This document shows positions 60,392 through 64,000 of a DNA stretch of 64,000 nucleotides, piece after piece. Source of the DNA: Escherichia coli O157:H7. Lineage in GTDB: Bacteria > Pseudomonadota > Gammaproteobacteria > Enterobacterales > Enterobacteriaceae. The position numbers and the translations under genes were made by a program. Location: the NCBI RefSeq assembly GCF_013167455.1, contig NZ_CP038328.1; one strand, 5' to 3'. The notes beneath the pieces were generated by a model. It ran no database searches and was not told the DNA's origin. It saw only the letters and a list, made by a program, of their open reading frames with translations. The number at the start of each line of letters is the position of its first letter. The first letter of the stretch is position 1.

Positions 60392-61525
60392 CTACACCGG
60401 CAACGTTTTCAACAATCCAAATGCCTCTTTCATCCGATCCTCACTGACCACAAAGGCGCGAAGTTGGTCTGCATCGTCAACACCGCGCGCCACCATTCCC
60501 TGGCGTTCGGTATTAATCTGCCAGCGTAAATCCTGACGCTGGGTTTCGCCTGCCAGATGCAGCGGTAATTCCGGCGTTTTGATTTTCACCAGCATCGCCG
60601 GTAGTTTCAGCGGCGTGTTATTGCCGAGAAGATTTTTTGCCAGCACCATCGCGCTAAGTTGAATCGGCTGCAGGAACGGCAATACCTGACCGTTAATTTC
60701 CGCGCAATCGCCCAGCGCGTAAATATCGGCATTACTGGTTTGCAGATAACTATCGACGCAAACGCCGCGATTAATCGTCAGCCCGGCGCGTCGTGCCAGG
60801 GCGGTTTCCGGGCGCAGTCCGGTGGCGGCAATTACCGCATCCACTTCGATGCTGCGCTGGTGGTCCAGCGTTGCCAGAATGCCAGAATCCGTTTTTTCCA
60901 GCCCCTGCAACTGAGATTTCAACAGCAGATGAACGCCCATCTCCGTCAACCGATGCTGCAAGCGACTGCTTACTTCCGGTGGCATTAACGACGCCAGAAT
61001 ACTGGCAGCGTTGTCGATTAGCGTAACCATTTTGCCTGCACGACAAAAATCCATCGCCAGTTCGCTACCAATCAAACCACCGCCAACAATCAACACGCGT
61101 CGGGCATCCCGCAGTTGCGTTTCACAGGCGCGATACTCTTGCTGACTATTTAACGTCAGCATTAACTCACGCCCAGGCACTGGCGGGACAAAGGCGCTGG
61201 CACCGGTTGCCAGCACCAGCTTGTCGTATTGCCACTGATTATTCTGGCTTTTCACCACACGGGCTTCGGCATCGATATCCGTCACCCAGGTTTGCGGAAA
61301 CAGGAGCAGATTAAACTGCTCGGCAAATTCACCCGCCGTCTGGCGGGTAAGGTCGTCGGCACGTTGCCCCTGACTGATAACATGGCTGAGGTCAGGTTTG
61401 TTGTACTCATCCATACTGTCGGCGGCAATCAGGGTTAATGGAATACTGGCGTCCTGTTTGCGAATATTTTTCACCAGTTGGCGGGCGGCGAAGCCCGAAC
61501 CAATGATCACAATGCCGTTGCTCAT
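60392..61525 (-). CDS. norW: NADH:flavorubredoxin reductase
   Basis: 377-aa ORF; FAD/NAD Rossmann motifs. Confidence 0.9.
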   Translation of the reverse strand: MSNGIVIIGSGFAARQLVKNIRKQDASIPLTLIAADSMDEYNKPDLSHVISQGQRADDLTRQTAGEFAEQFNLLLFPQTWVTDIDAEARVVKSQNNQWQYDKLVLATGASAFVPPVPGRELMLTLNSQQEYRACETQLRDARRVLIVGGGLIGSELAMDFCRAGKMVTLIDNAASILASLMPPEVSSRLQHRLTEMGVHLLLKSQLQGLEKTDSGILATLDHQRSIEVDAVIAATGLRPETALARRAGLTINRGVCVDSYLQTSNADIYALGDCAEINGQVLPFLQPIQLSAMVLAKNLLGNNTPLKLPAMLVKIKTPELPLHLAGETQRQDLRWQINTERQGMVARGVDDADQLRAFVVSEDRMKEAFGLLKTLPV

Positions 61526-62961
61526 TTTGCCTCCGATGCCAGTTCGTCAAAGACGTCTTTGCCGAGGGAGCATTCCGGGCACAGGAAGTTATCCGGGACT
61601 TCACTCCACGGCGTTCCTGGCGCAACGTCCTGCATTGGCTCGCCTTTTGCCGGATCGTAAATCCACTGGCAGACGCTGCACTGCATCCGTGGGCCGAGGT
61701 CAGCCGTCGTGGTGGCAGAGGTTTCTTCTTTAACTACCGTATTCACCGTGCTCTGCGGCAGCGGCGCGAGCGCCCACTGACGGGCGATTTCGCGACCGTG
61801 TTCACGGCATAACTCCAGAGCGTCCTGGTCTGGTCGCCATTTCGCTTTCAGGCTAAGCGACATTTCGAAACCCGCATCCTGCAGGCGCGTGGAAAGACGA
61901 TCCACCGCACCGCCGCTCCAGCCGTGAGAGCCGAAAGCACTGGCGCGTTTGTTACGGAAGCGTAATCCGGTCATCTCCTCCACCAGCCCGGCGATTTTCG
62001 GCATCATCACGTTATTCATCGTCGAAGTGCCGACCAGCACGCCTTTTGAGCGGAAGACATTGGTCAGGATTTCGTTTTTATCGCTTCGGGCGACGTTGAA
62101 AATTTTCACCGCCACGCGTGGGTCGGTTTCCGCAATCCCCTGGGCGATAGCGTCAGCCATCATGCGGGTGTTATTCGACATGGTGTCGTAGAAAATGGTG
62201 ATTCTGTCTTCCTGATAATCAGCCGCCCATTTCAGGTACAGCTCGACAATTTGCGTCGGGTTATCGCGCCATACCACGCCGTGAGAGGTCGCTATCATAT
62301 CGACTGGTAAGTTAAAGCCCAGGATCTCGGTAATTTTCGGCGTTACCAGACGGCTGAACGGCGTAAGGATATTGGCGTAGTAACGCTGGCACTGCTCAAA
62401 AAGCTCCGTCTGATCCACTTCATCGTTGAACAGATGCTCGTCGCAGTAGTGCTGACCGAAAGCATCGTTACTGAACAGCACCGCGTCGCCTGTCAGGTAA
62501 GTCATCATGCTGTCCGGCCAGTGCAGCATTGGTGTTTCGACAAAAATGAGCTGTTTGCCGTTGCCGATATCCAGCGTGTCGCCAGTTTTCACCACATTAA
62601 AATTCCACTCCGGATGATGGTGATGACCATTTATCGAGTCGATAGCGTTGGCTGTACAGTAGATCGGCGTATCGGGAATTTGTGCCATCAGTTCGGTCAG
62701 CGCCCCGGCGTGGTCCTCTTCTGCATGGTTAATCACGATGTAATCGATATCCGCCAGATCGATTTCATTACGCAGGTTCTGCACAAATTCGCGGCTGAAT
62801 TTATGGTCGACGGTGTCGATCAGCACGTTTTTTTCTTCGCGGATGAGGTAGCTGTTGTAGCTGCTGCCGCGCAGCGTTTTATATTCCGTGCCGTGAAAAT
62901 CTCGTACTTCCCAGTCACGTTGACCAACCCAATGAATGTTATTTTTCACCACAATAGACAT
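61522..62961 (-). CDS. norV: anaerobic nitric oxide reductase flavorubredoxin
   Basis: 479-aa ORF; C-terminal rubredoxin CxxC pairs. Confidence 0.95.
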   Translation of the reverse strand: MSIVVKNNIHWVGQRDWEVRDFHGTEYKTLRGSSYNSYLIREEKNVLIDTVDHKFSREFVQNLRNEIDLADIDYIVINHAEEDHAGALTELMAQIPDTPIYCTANAIDSINGHHHHPEWNFNVVKTGDTLDIGNGKQLIFVETPMLHWPDSMMTYLTGDAVLFSNDAFGQHYCDEHLFNDEVDQTELFEQCQRYYANILTPFSRLVTPKITEILGFNLPVDMIATSHGVVWRDNPTQIVELYLKWAADYQEDRITIFYDTMSNNTRMMADAIAQGIAETDPRVAVKIFNVARSDKNEILTNVFRSKGVLVGTSTMNNVMMPKIAGLVEEMTGLRFRNKRASAFGSHGWSGGAVDRLSTRLQDAGFEMSLSLKAKWRPDQDALELCREHGREIARQWALAPLPQSTVNTVVKEETSATTTADLGPRMQCSVCQWIYDPAKGEPMQDVAPGTPWSEVPDNFLCPECSLGKDVFDELASEAK

Positions 62962-63008
62962 AGCAACCTCAATTTATTCAGCGTGTTCTAAAAAGATGTC
63001 TTGCTAAT

Positions 63009-63024
63009 TGCAGATTGCGTGCCA
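63009..63024 (-). promoter_or_regulatory. sigma54 -24/-12 promoter of norVW
   Basis: minus strand TGGCACgcaatcTGCA about 50 bp upstream of norV start. Confidence 0.7.
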
Positions 63025-63079
63025 GTTTTTTATCTGATTGTTTTTACTCTATAAATAAAATTATGCTCATTAATGAGTA

Positions 63080-63135
63080 GTCAAAATGACTATCAATCCA
63101 ATGGTCGATATGACAATATCTATAGTCAAATTGAC
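63080..63135. promoter_or_regulatory. three NorR enhancer sites (GTCA-N3-TGAC type)
   Basis: gtcaaaatgac (63080..63090), gtcgatatgac (63104..63114), gtcaaattgac (63125..63135). Confidence 0.7.
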
Positions 63136-63147
63136 AGTGAGGCAAAG

Positions 63148-64000
63148 ATGAGTTTTTCCGTTGATGTGCTGGCGAATATCGCCATCGAATTGCAGCGTGG
63201 GATTGGTCATCAGGATCGTTTTCAGCGCCTGATCACCACGCTGCGTCAGGTGCTGGAGTGCGATGCGTCTGCGTTGCTACGTTACGACTCGCGGCAGTTT
63301 ATTCCGCTTGCCATCGACGGGCTGGCGAAGGATGTACTCGGTAGACGCTTTGCGCTGGAAGGTCATCCACGGCTGGAAGCGATTGCCCGCGCGGGTGATG
63401 TGGTGCGCTTTCCCGCAGACAGCGAATTGCCCGATCCCTATGACGGTTTGATTCCAGGGCAGGAGAGTCTGAAGGTTCACGCCTGCGTTGGTCTGCCGCT
63501 GTTTGCCGGGCAAAACCTGATCGGCGCATTGACGCTCGACGGGATGCAGCCCGATCAGTTCGATGTTTTCAGCGACGAAGAGTTACGCCTGATTGCCGCG
63601 CTGGCGGCGGGAGCGTTAAGCAATGCGTTGCTGATTGAACAACTGGAAAGCCAGAATATGCTGCCGGGCGATGCCGCTCCATTTGAAGCGGTGAAACAGA
63701 CGCAGATGATCGGTCTGTCGCCAGGCATGACGCAACTGAAAAAAGAGATTGAGATTGTGGCGGCGTCCGATCTCAACGTCCTGATCAGCGGTGAGACGGG
63801 AACCGGTAAGGAGCTGGTGGCGAAAGCGATTCATGAGGCCTCGCCACGGGCGGTGAATCCGCTGGTCTATCTCAACTGTGCCGCACTGCCGGAAAGTGTG
63901 GCGGAAAGTGAGTTGTTCGGGCATGTGAAAGGAGCGTTTACTGGCGCTATCAGTAACCGCAGTGGGAAGTTTGAAATGGCGGATAACGGCACGCTGTTTC
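63148..64000 (+). CDS. norR: NO-responsive sigma54 activator NorR; 3' end cut by window edge
   Basis: Frame open from ATG 63148 to window end; GAF region then AAA+ start (GETGTGKE). Confidence 0.9.
   Translation, partial: MSFSVDVLANIAIELQRGIGHQDRFQRLITTLRQVLECDASALLRYDSRQFIPLAIDGLAKDVLGRRFALEGHPRLEAIARAGDVVRFPADSELPDPYDGLIPGQESLKVHACVGLPLFAGQNLIGALTLDGMQPDQFDVFSDEELRLIAALAAGALSNALLIEQLESQNMLPGDAAPFEAVKQTQMIGLSPGMTQLKKEIEIVAASDLNVLISGETGTGKELVAKAIHEASPRAVNPLVYLNCAALPESVAESELFGHVKGAFTGAISNRSGKFEMADNGTLF

Overview
This window reads as an Escherichia coli-type chromosomal segment, in the opposite orientation to the usual K-12 map (gene names and K-12 comparisons are from memory, no database search was run). 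Order left to right: an ETF/Fix-like cluster (ygcU-ygcS-ygcR-ygcQ-ygcP-ygcO-ygcN), queD, cysJIH, a hok/sok-like toxin locus, a complete type I-E CRISPR-Cas locus (cas3, casABCDE, cas1, cas2, a 4-spacer array), iap, cysDNC, ygbE, ftsB, ispDF, truD, surE, pcm, nlpD, rpoS, a MarR-like regulator with a UbiX/UbiD-type decarboxylase cassette, pphB, mutS, ygbA, fhlA, hypEDCBA, hycABCDEFGHI, ascBF/ascG, hydN, hypF, norWV and the start of norR. The strain is not K-12-like: the rpoS-mutS interval carries the decarboxylase cassette, the cas genes look like the divergent I-E variant, and rpoS codon 33 is GAG. I did not find a clearly novel system. The most system-like items are the CRISPR-Cas locus, the adjacent hok/sok-like module and the decarboxylase cassette with a perfect palindromic operator candidate. 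Two genes in the ETF cluster are disrupted in this sequence: ygcQ by an in-frame TAA and ygcS by a frameshift. No tRNA, rRNA, IS element or prophage gene was recognised. All coordinates were derived by hand from the sequence and ORF track.
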